This document shows positions 52,671 through 61,535 of a DNA stretch of 64,000 nucleotides, piece after piece. Source of the stretch: an uncultured Gemmatimonadales bacterium. GTDB lineage: Bacteria > Gemmatimonadota > Gemmatimonadetes > Longimicrobiales > RSA9. The stretch spans positions 480,001 through 544,000 of the forward strand of contig CAWCUS010000002.1 of the NCBI GenBank assembly GCA_963798845.1, given 5' to 3'. Position numbers and translations under genes: made by a program. Below the pieces are notes generated by a model that was given only the letters and a program-made list of their open reading frames with translations, did no database searches and was not told the DNA's origin. Numbering within the stretch: position 1 is the first letter of the stretch; every line of letters begins with the position of its first letter.

Positions 52671-52940
52671 CTACAGGCGCTTCAAGAGTTGGTCATAGTC
52701 GGCGTGTGAGCCGATCCAGAACCAGATCCAGTCATCGTCGGCGCGGCGGGCCAAGGCTCTGTAGTGGAGCGATATGCGGGCTGAGAAGATCGGCTCGGTC
52801 GCGTGAACCTGCTTGAACTGCAGGCTCGGATGAGCCGGATTGGCGGAGAAGAGGTCGAAGGCCTCGCGAGCCCGCTCCTGGACGTCGGTAGGAAGTGAGG
52901 AATAGGCCTTCCGAAAAGATGAAGTGGTGCGGGAGGTCAA
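52671..52940 (-). CDS. RelE/ParE-superfamily toxin (cassette 3, antisense to the array)
   Basis: FRKAYSSLP...HPSLQFKQV...WFWIGSHADYD; start overlaps the antitoxin stop. Confidence 0.82.
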   Translation of the reverse strand: MTSRTTSSFRKAYSSLPTDVQERAREAFDLFSANPAHPSLQFKQVHATEPIFSARISLHYRALARRADDDWIWFWIGSHADYDQLLKRL

Positions 52941-53155
52941 AGCTTGGACGGGTCGAGGTTTTCCGTCTCACCTCGTGCGTCTTCGGCGAGGGCTTCGTTC
53001 GCGAGCTTCGCCAAGTCGTCCTGGGAGTTTTCAAAGGTCCGATCCCAGTTTCGATCGGACTCGAGCTCCTCCAGGAGTAGAGCGGCGATGGCGTCCTGCT
53101 GCTCGCTGGGGAGCTTGGACGCTTCGTCGAAAGCCTTCTTGAGTAGTTCGGTCAT
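52937..53155 (-). CDS. Putative antitoxin (cassette 3)
   Basis: Acidic 72-aa MTELLKKAFDEASKLPSEQQDAIA...; AAGGAGG RBS. Confidence 0.8.
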   Translation of the reverse strand: MTELLKKAFDEASKLPSEQQDAIAALLLEELESDRNWDRTFENSQDDLAKLANEALAEDARGETENLDPSKL

Positions 53156-53173
53156 GAGATCCTCCTTGGCCGG

Positions 53174-53203
53174 ATGATACCCAGGAGGGGATCGGCAGTT
53201 CAA
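53174..53203 (-). promoter_or_regulatory. Cassette-internal promoter of the TA operon
   Basis: TTGAAC-N18-TATCAT on the minus strand just upstream of the antitoxin RBS. Confidence 0.6.
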
Positions 53204-53250
53204 GAGCGAGAGGCGGTTTGCGGAGCGAAAGGCCTGGATTTGCGGACACC

Positions 53251-53406
53251 GCATAACAAACGGTTGGCGCCTGCGGTCGCTTCGCTCCCTCCGGAGAACC
53301 CCGCGATCAAGATCGTGGCGCCGGTCGAAGGGGCGGGGCAGTTTCGAAGGATGCTGCGCCGGGAAAAGCAGTGGCAGGCGGGGTCGCCAACCTGGAAACG
53401 TTAGCC
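53251..53406 (+). repeat. attC-like site 3
   Basis: GCATAAC...GGTTGGCG/CGCCAACC...GTTAGCC, 156 bp. Confidence 0.9.
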
Positions 53407-53571
53407 GCCATGCGCGCGGAGGAGGCTCTTGGGTGTTGCGCCCGAAATCGGCGGAGCAGGAAAGGGAAGAGCTTCGTTCTGAGGATTGGCTGCCCCACCC
53501 CACCCAAGAGGCCCAGATTTGTGAAGGGCTTGGAGCTTTGGTTTGCGAGGGCAGGGCAGGGCGCACACAGC
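53401..53571 (+). other. Cassette 4 body: gene-less structured cassette, copy B
   Basis: Two substitutions relative to copy A. Confidence 0.85.
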
Positions 53572-53679
53572 GGCTAACAACACGGTTGCCGCCTGCGCTC
53601 GCTGCGCTCGCTCCGGAGAACCCGGCGGATTAGCGAACTCGTGTTCGGAAAAGCGGCGGTGGATGAAGAAACGTTAAGC
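53572..53679 (+). repeat. attC-like site 4, internally deleted (right arm missing)
   Basis: Matches site 2 up to GGTGGAT, then GAAG joins directly to AAACGTTAAGC; 108 bp versus 152 bp. Confidence 0.85.
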
Positions 53680-53712
53680 GCAATTGACGCAGCGTACTCG
53701 AAGGGAGGCTGG

Positions 53713-54714
53713 ATGAGGCTGTCCAGCAGAACGATCAGTGATCTTGCCGAACTGATCTGCGGTGCTAGCGGTGGCGGTGGCGGCTATGACTGGTCACACT
53801 TCCCATACAGATCCAGCTCCCGTCTCACCGAATTCTTCAGGAACTGCGACCTTGATTACGTTCATCAAGGTGAGACTAGGAAGTGGTGGGTCGAAGAGGT
53901 CCTTACGGAGCTCAACAAAGCACCTGCCTCCACTCCCCACCTCCCACCGGGCGGCATCATTCGAGTGCTCCAGGAGCTGCTGGACCCGCTGGACTATAAA
54001 CGGGCCGAACTAGATCAGTCCGCGGCGCTGAAGGACCTAAACGCGGTCGTCTCTCGGGATGGTTTGGAGGTTTACCTCGACGGGTCGCGTCGCGCGCATG
54101 TGAGGAATCGCGACACTGAGGCGACCTCTGCCAACCTTAAAATCCAGTCCCGCCCTCTGACCAAGGAAGAGTTGGAGAAGAGACGCAAGGCTGAGGAATT
54201 TCTCGAGAAAGCTTCGGAAGACGAGATAATCGAGGAGCTGCTTGTACCGTTGTTTCGACAGTTGAATTTTCTGCGAGTGAGTCCGACAGGGCACCGGGAC
54301 AGATCGCTGGAGTTCGGCAAGGACTTGTGGATGAAGTTCCAGCTGCCGACCGGTCACTTCATCTACTTCGGCGCTCAAGTCAAGCGAGACAAGATCGACG
54401 CCGCTGGAAGGGATGTCACCAAGAATATCAGCGGTATCATCGCCCAAGCAGAGATGATGCTAGACCACCCGGTTTTCGACCCAGAGAGCAACCGCAAGCA
54501 TCTCCTTGACCACGTCTTCATCATTTCAGGCGGGGAAATAACGAAGCAAGCGAGATCACTGATCGTGGAGAACCTGGACCGAGAGGCGCGCCGACATCTG
54601 ATCTTCATGGATCGAGACGAACTTCTTGATCTGGTGGTCCTTACGGGCACACGGATACCTGAAGAGGAAGCTGAGGCTGCGAGTTCGCCGATCGATGATG
54701 ACCTGCCATTCTAG
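53713..54714 (+). CDS. Cassette 5: PD-(D/E)xK (Mrr/restriction endonuclease-like) protein with an AbiJ-like N-terminal region
   Basis: GGGAGG RBS; YRSSSRLTEFF N-terminal motif; EFGKDL...AQVKR nuclease-like motif. Confidence 0.7.
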   Translation: MRLSSRTISDLAELICGASGGGGGYDWSHFPYRSSSRLTEFFRNCDLDYVHQGETRKWWVEEVLTELNKAPASTPHLPPGGIIRVLQELLDPLDYKRAELDQSAALKDLNAVVSRDGLEVYLDGSRRAHVRNRDTEATSANLKIQSRPLTKEELEKRRKAEEFLEKASEDEIIEELLVPLFRQLNFLRVSPTGHRDRSLEFGKDLWMKFQLPTGHFIYFGAQVKRDKIDAAGRDVTKNISGIIAQAEMMLDHPVFDPESNRKHLLDHVFIISGGEITKQARSLIVENLDREARRHLIFMDRDELLDLVVLTGTRIPEEEAEAASSPIDDDLPF

Positions 54715-54744
54715 GCGGGTGGACAGTGAAGGGGCGTCAACTGC

Positions 54745-54893
54745 GCTTAACAAACGGTTGGCGCCTGCGCGGCCTGCGGCCGCTCCGGAGAACCCGCCGC
54801 GGCCGTGTTGAAGCTGGTGAGAGGATCGCAGTTTCGAAGGTGATGCGCACTGGAGGTTGTGGCGCGGCGGGTCGCCAACCTGGAACGTTATCT
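54745..54893 (+). repeat. attC-like site 5
   Basis: GCTTAAC...GGTTGGCG/CGCCAACC...GTTATCT, 149 bp. Confidence 0.9.
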
Positions 54894-55286
54894 GCAATTG
54901 GCTCAACGACTGAGGGAGGGTGAATGGACCTCAAGCGCGTCCTCGAAGAAATCTCTGATCATCTCGCGCCGAAGCTGGACACCTATGAGCACGCCCTCTA
55001 CACGTACCTGTTCCGCAACACGGTGCTGCGAGGAGAACCAGAGGCTGTAATCGGCTTCAAATCTGCGCGCCACGAGTTGCCGAGGGGAATCGGGACCGCA
55101 GGAACGGCAATGGCCGAGGGGACATGCTATGAGAAGCTCAGGTCCTTAGAAGCCAAGGGCTGCATCAAGGTGTTGGGTACAGAACGGCAAGGAACGCGGG
55201 TGCGGCTGTTCTTGCCGAGTGATATTGTGGGTTCTCTGAACTATGTCCGGTTAATTCTCGAAATTCTGGCCGGCCGGGAGCGTGAG

Positions 55287-56062
55287 CTAGGCGGCTTCAG
55301 AGTCCGGGGTCTCCTCCTGTTTGAGATGGCGGGTGCGGTAGGAGCGGCCGCGGAGCACGAAGTGAGTGCCGCGCTCCAGGAGCCGGTCGAGGATCGCCTC
55401 CGCAAGATCGGCATCATGCAGCACCTGACCGAGGGCGGCCAGAGGCTTATTGGTGGTGACGATCATGGGTCGGTGCCTGAGGTAGCGGTCGTTGACCACC
55501 CGGTAGAGCACGTTGGCGGCATCGGCGGCATAGCTCTGATAGCCGAGCTCGTCGATGATCAGGACGTGGGGGTGGACGTAGGGTTCGAGCGCCTCGTCCA
55601 GCCGTCCCTCAGTGGCCGCGTTGGAGAGGGCGCCGATCAGCTCATCCGCGGTGGTGAATCGGGCCTCGAATCCGTTCTGGATCGCTCGGTAGCCGATGGC
55701 TACCCCCATGTGGGTCTTCCCTCGACCCGGCGGGCCGCTGAAATGGCGCACCGGCCTTCGCTCACCAGCTCCGGCCCCAGCAGCGTGCCGAGCATCTGGA
55801 GGCGGACGCTGGTCTGGAAGGTGAAGTCGAATTCCTCAATGGTGCGGAGGAAGGGGAAGCGGGCCTTGCGGACGGACCGGGTGATCCGGGTCTGCGCCCG
55901 GTGAGCGATCTCCTCGGCCACCAGCAGCTCGAGGAAGGTGCGGTAGCTCATGCCCTCCTCCTCGGCCCGGATCGCCAGGTCCGGATACAGGCGCCGGATG
56001 GTCGGCATGTGGAGGCGCTTGAGCATGGCGTCGAGGTCGTCCAGCGGCACCGGAGTCTTCAT
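55287..56062 (-). CDS. istB: IS21 helper ATPase, frameshifted at about 55742
   Basis: ARFPFLRTIEEFDF then GPPGRGKT, IIDELGY, AILDRLL in another frame; one T missing from a short T run. Confidence 0.88.
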
Positions 56063-57468
56063 GAGGCCACCTCCTTCGCCGCCAGCCCGATCACGTACTC
56101 AGCTCCGATCAGCCGCTGGAAGAGCGCGCGCTGGAGCAGGCGGAGGAAGCGCTCCTGGCCGAGCTCCTCGAGCAGGGCGAAGAGGCGCTCCACGTCTCCT
56201 TTCCATGTGTGGGGTCGGGCGTGGATGAGCTCCGTCAGGTAGCCCTCTCCTACGGGCCCCAGCTCCAGGATTCGCTCCCGCATGAAGTAGAGGCGCTTCC
56301 GTGCACCGGCCACGGCCGCCAGCTGCTCGGCCCGCTGGCCGGGCAGGTAGCTGGTGTTTCCGATCTTTGGAAACCTGGGGTGGGTGGCCTCGAAGCGGGC
56401 GCCGGTGGTGACGATCCGGAGCCGGTCCGGGTACAGGTGGAGCGTGGCCGGGATCCCGCACGCACCCGCCGGCATGGCGTAGCGCACGCCCTGGAAGTCC
56501 ACGAGCGCGGTGGGTCCCACGTGGACAGCGTAACGCAGACCGTACTCGGCCGGCGGGATGGCCAGCGGCTTCATCCGCGCCTGCTCTGCGGTCAGCCGGA
56601 TCTTGGGGATCTCCTTCGTGGCCCGGGATGGCCGCTCCTCATTCCCCCCGATCAGCCAGTCCAGGAGCTGACGGGGGAGGTCCTGGTCGAGCTCAGCGAA
56701 GCGGCGGGCCCGGAAGAAGCTCCGCTTCACCCACCCCACCAGATTCTCCACCGATCCCTTCTGCTGCGGGCTCCTGGGCGTGCACAGCCCGATCGTGAAG
56801 CCATAGTCGATGGCGACCTGGGCCAGCGTGGAATTCCAGATCGGCCGGCCCCGGTCGTCGCGGCCCACCACCACCGTCTTCGGATTGTCGAAGACCACCC
56901 GGAGCGGCACCCCGCCCGAATGCTCGAAGCCGGCCAGGAGTGCCCGGACGAGTGACTCGATCCGCTCGTCCGGCACGATCACCACCCACACCCACCGCGA
57001 GTACTTCAGACGGTACGCCGCGAAGTGAACTCGCTTCTTCCGTCCATCCAGCAGCCGGACGTCGGCCTGACCGAAATCGAACTGGGCGAACTCCCCGGCC
57101 ACCCCCTCGAACCGCACCATCAGCTCCGCCGGCAGCTTCCCCTTCTCCAACCGGAAGACCCGGTAGAAGGTGCTCTCCGCCAGCTCCGCCCCCTCCTCCC
57201 GAAGCTGACGCAGGTATTCCAGGGGTGGAGCCTCGGGATCCTCCGCGATCAGATCCACCAGCCGGCGCTTCACCGCCTCCGGCACCGCGGGACGCCCGAT
57301 CCCCCGGCGCTTCCTCTCCGCCGCATCGTCTCCCTCCGCCACCGGCGGCTCCTTCGAGATCCGACGGACAGACCGCTCCGAGATCCCCAGCTGCCTCGCG
57401 ATTTCCGTCTGCTTCTGCCCCGCCTCCAGCAGCGCATGCACCGCATGTCGATCGATCACCCTGAGCAT
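56059..57468 (-). CDS. istA: IS21 transposase
   Basis: N-terminal HTH, RFEGVAGEFAQFDFG, FDNPKTVV, KGSVEN. Confidence 0.93.
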   Translation of the reverse strand: MLRVIDRHAVHALLEAGQKQTEIARQLGISERSVRRISKEPPVAEGDDAAERKRRGIGRPAVPEAVKRRLVDLIAEDPEAPPLEYLRQLREEGAELAESTFYRVFRLEKGKLPAELMVRFEGVAGEFAQFDFGQADVRLLDGRKKRVHFAAYRLKYSRWVWVVIVPDERIESLVRALLAGFEHSGGVPLRVVFDNPKTVVVGRDDRGRPIWNSTLAQVAIDYGFTIGLCTPRSPQQKGSVENLVGWVKRSFFRARRFAELDQDLPRQLLDWLIGGNEERPSRATKEIPKIRLTAEQARMKPLAIPPAEYGLRYAVHVGPTALVDFQGVRYAMPAGACGIPATLHLYPDRLRIVTTGARFEATHPRFPKIGNTSYLPGQRAEQLAAVAGARKRLYFMRERILELGPVGEGYLTELIHARPHTWKGDVERLFALLEELGQERFLRLLQRALFQRLIGAEYVIGLAAKEVAS

Positions 57469-58021
57469 CCTCCCCCGCCTCCATCTGACAGGAACTCCAT
57501 CCTGCCCGGGACGGGACTACAGTATTCTACGGAGGCTCCTCAGCCGGCCAGATTTTCGAGAGATCAGCGGTCAGAATTCGGGGAACTCACAGATATCGAC
57601 GGCGTCGTCCCAGTTGTTGGGGAAGAGCAGCGGCCCCGCCTAGAAGATCTGGACTTTTTCAATAATGCCTCAAATCGCGAGGCTATCCTGCGGCGAGAGG
57701 ATGGCCGCTGCTTCTATTGCCTTCGGCAGGTTGATGGATCGAATCATGTGATCGAACACCTTACGGCACGGCGGGAGGGAGGCAACGGATACACCAACGT
57801 GGTCGCCGCCTGTCGAGAGTGTAACAATAGGAAGGGGGCAGGCAGTCCTGAGGACCATCTTCGGCGGCTCTATAGGAGTGGTCTCCTGAACGCCGACGAA
57901 ATGGAAGGTCGTTTGGCCGCCCTTGATCTGGTCAGGACGGGCCAGCTAAAGCCGACGCTCGCGGATTTTGAGGATGCGGAGGTTGCCTAGGCGAGTGGAC
58001 CTCGGACGGGGAGCCAACTGC

Positions 58022-58172
58022 AGATGACAAACGGTTGGCGCCTGCGCGGCCTGCGGCCGCTCCGGAGAACCCGCCGCGACCGTGCCGAAGCTGGTGAGGT
58101 GTTCGCAGTTTCGAAGGTGATCGCGCGCCTGAGGTTGTGGCGCGGCGGGTCGCCAACCTGGAAACGTTAGAC
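58022..58172 (+). repeat. attC-like site 6 (R'' AAC changed to GAC)
   Basis: AGATGAC...GGTTGGCG/CGCCAACC...GTTAGAC, 151 bp. Confidence 0.88.
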
Positions 58173-58200
58173 GGCATTCCTTTGGAGCGGGAAAGGTCTG

Positions 58201-59297
58201 ATGGCGGATTCTGACCAGCTCGATCTCGAAGCTGCTATTGAGGAAGCCGAAGAAGCTGACCTCGAGAAAGAGCGTGATGCAGTTCTTGCCGCGGTGTCAG
58301 CCAGCCGGCTGGATACGCTGCAAAAGAGGGTTGCATGGGTTCTGAACCATTACCCGGATGCCAGAGATTCCGATGTTGCTCTGTACATACGTTATTGGCG
58401 TGAGTTTGAAGGCGAGCATGTCGAAGGGGAGTACGTCAAGCTCAAGAACATTACCGTCTGACTCGGCCGGCGTCGCTTACCCGAGCCCGAGCCAAGCTTC
58501 AGAACGAGTACAGGTTATTCCTGGCGAGTGACGAAGTCAGAAAACACCGCGGAACACTGTCGGAGGAGGAAAAGGAAAAGGCGGTTAGTCAAAGGCCCAC
58601 GTTCCCAATGTACACGGCCTATGCCGATGAGAGCGGAAAGACCGACAACTTCTTAGTGGTTGGAGCCGTTTGGTTTCTGAACGGTCCGGAGATCATCGAG
58701 GTGACCCAAGAGGTGGAGAGGCTTGCCAAGGCGCGCGGCATTTCCGCCGAACTCCACTTCAGAGAGATCGACTACTCTACGTTGGACTTCTACAAGGAAG
58801 TGGCTGCGTTGGTACTGGCTCGTTCAGCAACCATTTCATTCACTTCGATCAGCGTCGAGCGAAGAGGCCACAAGCGAGTGGACGATGCCATTGCTAACCT
58901 GTATGAGCATCTGCTTCTCCGAGGGGTGGAGTACCACGACTCCACGAACAGAGCGCCACTGCCACGGAGCCTTAGCGTCTTCAAGGATCGCGAAGAAGTA
59001 GGCCGAGACAAGCTACTGATGGCGAATCTCGAAGAGTCGCTCAGACAGGCGAGTGAGGCGCGGCTGGAGGGAAAGCTGTACGTCGACAGGCTGGCGGCCG
59101 TTGACTCCGAGGAGAACATCCCGGTTCAGCTTGGCGATCTGTACACCAGCAGCGTCGCCAGAGTCTTGAACGCCACGGGCAAGCGCAACTCAGCACGAGA
59201 TGATTTCGCGGATTTCTTCTTAGGAGAGCTGGGGATCCCCAATGGTCCAGCCGCGGAAGAGCGGGTGGGGGACATGGTGGCTCACGTGGCCTTGTGA
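58201..59297 (+). CDS. Cassette 7: DUF3800-like (RNase H-fold) protein with an N-terminal extension, frameshift at about 58450
   Basis: YADESGK, ELHF, VQLGDLY motifs; 58201-58461 joins the 58608 frame via YRLTRPASLTRARAKLQNEY. Confidence 0.75.
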
Positions 59298-59318
59298 TAT
59301 CCCTCATGGAGGAACGCC

Positions 59319-59469
59319 GTCTAACAAACGGTTGGCGCCTGCGCGGCCTGCGGCCGCTCCGGAGAACCCGCCGCGGCGGCTTGGAAGCTGGTGAGGTTCG
59401 TGTGATTTCGAAGGTGATCATGCGCTGGAGATAGTGGCGCGGCGGGTCGCCAACCTGGAAACGTTAGGC
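59319..59469 (+). repeat. attC-like site 7
   Basis: GTCTAAC...GGTTGGCG/CGCCAACC...GTTAGGC, 151 bp. Confidence 0.9.
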
Positions 59470-59496
59470 GCCACGCTCTACGAGAGGAGGCGGATC

Positions 59497-59951
59497 ATGT
59501 ACTGTGATGTCGTTCGAGCGCTGGTTGTTGCGGGCGTACTGATTGGCAGCACCGCCTGTTTAAGTACTAGCGCCGTCGATTCGCCCGTCGAAGTTGGCGT
59601 TGACATCGATAAACATCAGTCAGCGTCGGAGACACGGTGGTGTTCACCACAGCCGTCCACAACCCCACGGATCGGCGAATTCAAGTCGGAGTGGAATGCG
59701 GGCCCAGCCTAGACGTTCAGCTTCGGAGGCCCGACGGTTCAAGCCTTTCGGTGTTGAGCCGCATTGTCGGAGGTGGTGCGTTCACGTGCGAATTGGCGGA
59801 ACACCATTTCGCCGATCCCGGAGAAACGGAACGGCTGACGCTTCGGTGGAAGGCTGAAGCTCCGAGAGGGACGTACTTGGCCGTTGCTCAAACCAGGTGC
59901 GGGGAGGACCAGTGTCCCACGAGCGACCCCGTGACTTTTGTCGTGAAGTAG
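59497..59951 (+). CDS. Cassette 8: putative lipoprotein with an Ig-like domain, frameshift at about 59612
   Basis: AGGAGG RBS, lipobox-like STAC; adding one A to the AAA run gives DKTSVSVGDTVVFT... Confidence 0.65.
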
Positions 59952-59972
59952 GTGATATGGCGCTCGCGCAGC

Positions 59973-60128
59973 GCCTAACAAACGGCTGGCGCCTCCGCGG
60001 ACTGCGGCCGCTCCGGAGAAACCCGGCGCGACCGTTTCTGAGCAGTCGAAGGCTCGTGTAGTTTCGAAGGCTGTGGAGCTGGTGAGTTCATGGTGAGCGC
60101 CGGGTTCGCCAGCCTGGAAACGTTAAGC
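59973..60128 (+). repeat. attC-like site 8
   Basis: GCCTAAC...GGCTGGCG/CGCCAGCC...GTTAAGC, 156 bp. Confidence 0.9.
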
Positions 60129-60158
60129 GCCAGAGCCCGCAATCTGGAGGAGGCAATA

Positions 60159-60398
60159 TTGACTCGTCGCGAACTGTCGCAGACCGGATGCCGAAACGTC
60201 TTGGCGCTGATGGGGATTGCCTCGTTGGGCTTGTTAACGATAGGCCTGACAGGATTCGATTCTTTCGACACCGGGTGGATCAGGTAGGGGCTGCGCGCGG
60301 TCTGGACAGGGGGGATGGCCGTGGCCGTTTGGACAATCGGTCGTGCGGCCCGGAAGGCGATCGAACTGCTTGAGGACGTGGCCAGCTCCGGCGCTTAA
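60159..60398 (+). CDS. Cassette 9: small membrane protein, apparently frameshifted (in-frame stop at 60287)
   Basis: GGAGGAGG RBS before TTG; one TM segment; a second frame MAVAVWTIGRAARKAIELLEDVASSGA ends at the TAA inside R''. Confidence 0.45.
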
Positions 60399-60542
60399 CA
60401 CACGGCCGCCGCCTTCGCTCGCTGCGCGAGCTCCGGAGAACCCGGCGTCAAGCGCACCGCCCTCGAGGAGAGCATTGAACCACTGGTAGACAGGCGGTAT
60501 GGAGGGATGTGCCGCCGGGTCGGCGGCCTAGAAACGTTAGCC
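60393..60542 (+). repeat. attC-like site 9
   Basis: GCTTAAC...GGCCGCCG/CGGCGGCC...GTTAGCC, 150 bp. Confidence 0.9.
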
Positions 60543-60707
60543 GCCATGCGCGCGGAGGAGGCTCTTGGGTGTTGCGCCCGAAATCGGCCGAGCAGAAAAG
60601 GGAAGAGCTTCGTTCTGAGGATTGGCTGCCCCACCCCACCCAAGAGGCCCAGATTCGTGAAGGGCTTGGAGCTTTGGTTTGCGAGGGCAGGGCAGGGCGC
60701 ACACAGC
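60537..60707 (+). other. Cassette 10 body: gene-less structured cassette, copy C
   Basis: One substitution relative to copy A. Confidence 0.85.
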
Positions 60708-60859
60708 GGCTAACAACACGGTTGCCGCCTGCGCTCGCTGCGCTCGCTCCGGAGAACCCGGCGGATTAGCGAACTCGTGTTCGGAAAAGCGGCGGTGGAT
60801 TGAAGCTACTGTGCACTCGGATCGCTGGACCGCCGGGTCGGCAACCGGAAACGTTAACC
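60708..60859 (+). repeat. attC-like site 10
   Basis: Same body as site 2, ends GTTAACC, 152 bp. Confidence 0.9.
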
Positions 60860-60925
60860 GCCATGTTCCACTCGGCGTTTCTGTAGCAGATTAGGAGCAA
60901 GGGACTTCAGGGAAGGAGCTTGCGG

Positions 60926-61150
60926 ATGTCGAGTGTACCAATCGAGGAACTGCTCAAGCTGTCGGTCGCTGAGCGGATTCAGTTGGTGGAGGACCTGTGG
61001 GACAGCATCGCTACGGACGCGGACGCCTATCCATTAACTGAGGCCCAGAAGGCGGAACTGGACCGTAGGCTGGCAGAACATGAAGCGGACCCGGATTCTG
61101 CTATTCCCTGGGAGGAAGTCCGGGAGCGGTTGTACAAGAAGTACGGGTGA
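60926..61150 (+). CDS. Cassette 11: addiction-module antitoxin (TIGR02574-like)
   Basis: LSVAERIQLVEDLWDSI...LTEAQKAELDRRL...IPWEEV. Confidence 0.9.
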   Translation: MSSVPIEELLKLSVAERIQLVEDLWDSIATDADAYPLTEAQKAELDRRLAEHEADPDSAIPWEEVRERLYKKYG

Positions 61151-61443
61151 GCCGCCGCTTCGTTGTTCGCCCTGCGGCCGACGCCGAACTCGAGGAAGCC
61201 GCAGCGTGGTATTCGGAGCGTTCCTTGGGCTTGGGAGCGGAATTCGTCCGCGTCATCGATGCGGCTTTCTCAGCGATCCAGCGGAATCCTCTCCGATTTC
61301 CCATTCTGTATCGGGATGTCCGGAGGGCCGTTGTTCGGCGATTCCCATATGCCATTCTCTTCAGAGCGAGCGCGGAAGAGATCGTGGTACTCTCCGTTTT
61401 CCATTCCCGCCGCGATCCGAAGCGTTGGCAGGCCCGGAGGTGA
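61147..61443 (+). CDS. Cassette 11: ParE/RelE-family toxin
   Basis: PAADAELEEAAAWY...GLGAEF...RRFPYAI...VFHSRRDP; GTGA overlap with the antitoxin. Confidence 0.9.
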   Translation: MSRRFVVRPAADAELEEAAAWYSERSLGLGAEFVRVIDAAFSAIQRNPLRFPILYRDVRRAVVRRFPYAILFRASAEEIVVLSVFHSRRDPKRWQARR

Positions 61444-61535
61444 CGTCCGCCAGGCTGCGGGCAGAATGTCAATGCCGGACGAAAACAGCACAGATGTGGC
61501 GCTCGAAAATGCCACACTCGAGGGGGGACGAGCCC

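Larger units (their letters stand above)
55226..57591 (-). mobile_element. IS21-family insertion sequence #1 (2366 bp)
   Basis: Terminal IRs TGTGGGTTCTCTGAA / TGTGAGTTCCCCGAA; 5-bp target duplication GATAT; istA-istB. Confidence 0.93.
54924..57990 (+). pseudogene. Cassette 6: HNH endonuclease gene interrupted by IS21 (54924-55225 + 57597-57990, 231 aa when rejoined)
   Basis: Removing the IS and one GATAT copy restores the frame LPSDI-DGVV; CFYC...IEHL...NVVAACRECNNRKG HNH motif. Confidence 0.88.

Noticed and set aside
52150..53633. ORFs spanning attC sites and gene-less cassettes (e.g. 52150-52497, 52364-52564, 60448-60702)
   Set aside because: They cross recombination sites, lack an RBS and recur only because the DNA is repeated
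55741..59613. Frameshifts in istB, the DUF3800-like gene and the cassette 8 gene as programmed recoding
   Set aside because: Single-base losses, two of them in short homopolymers, with no slippery heptamer seen; more consistent with long-read indels or decay
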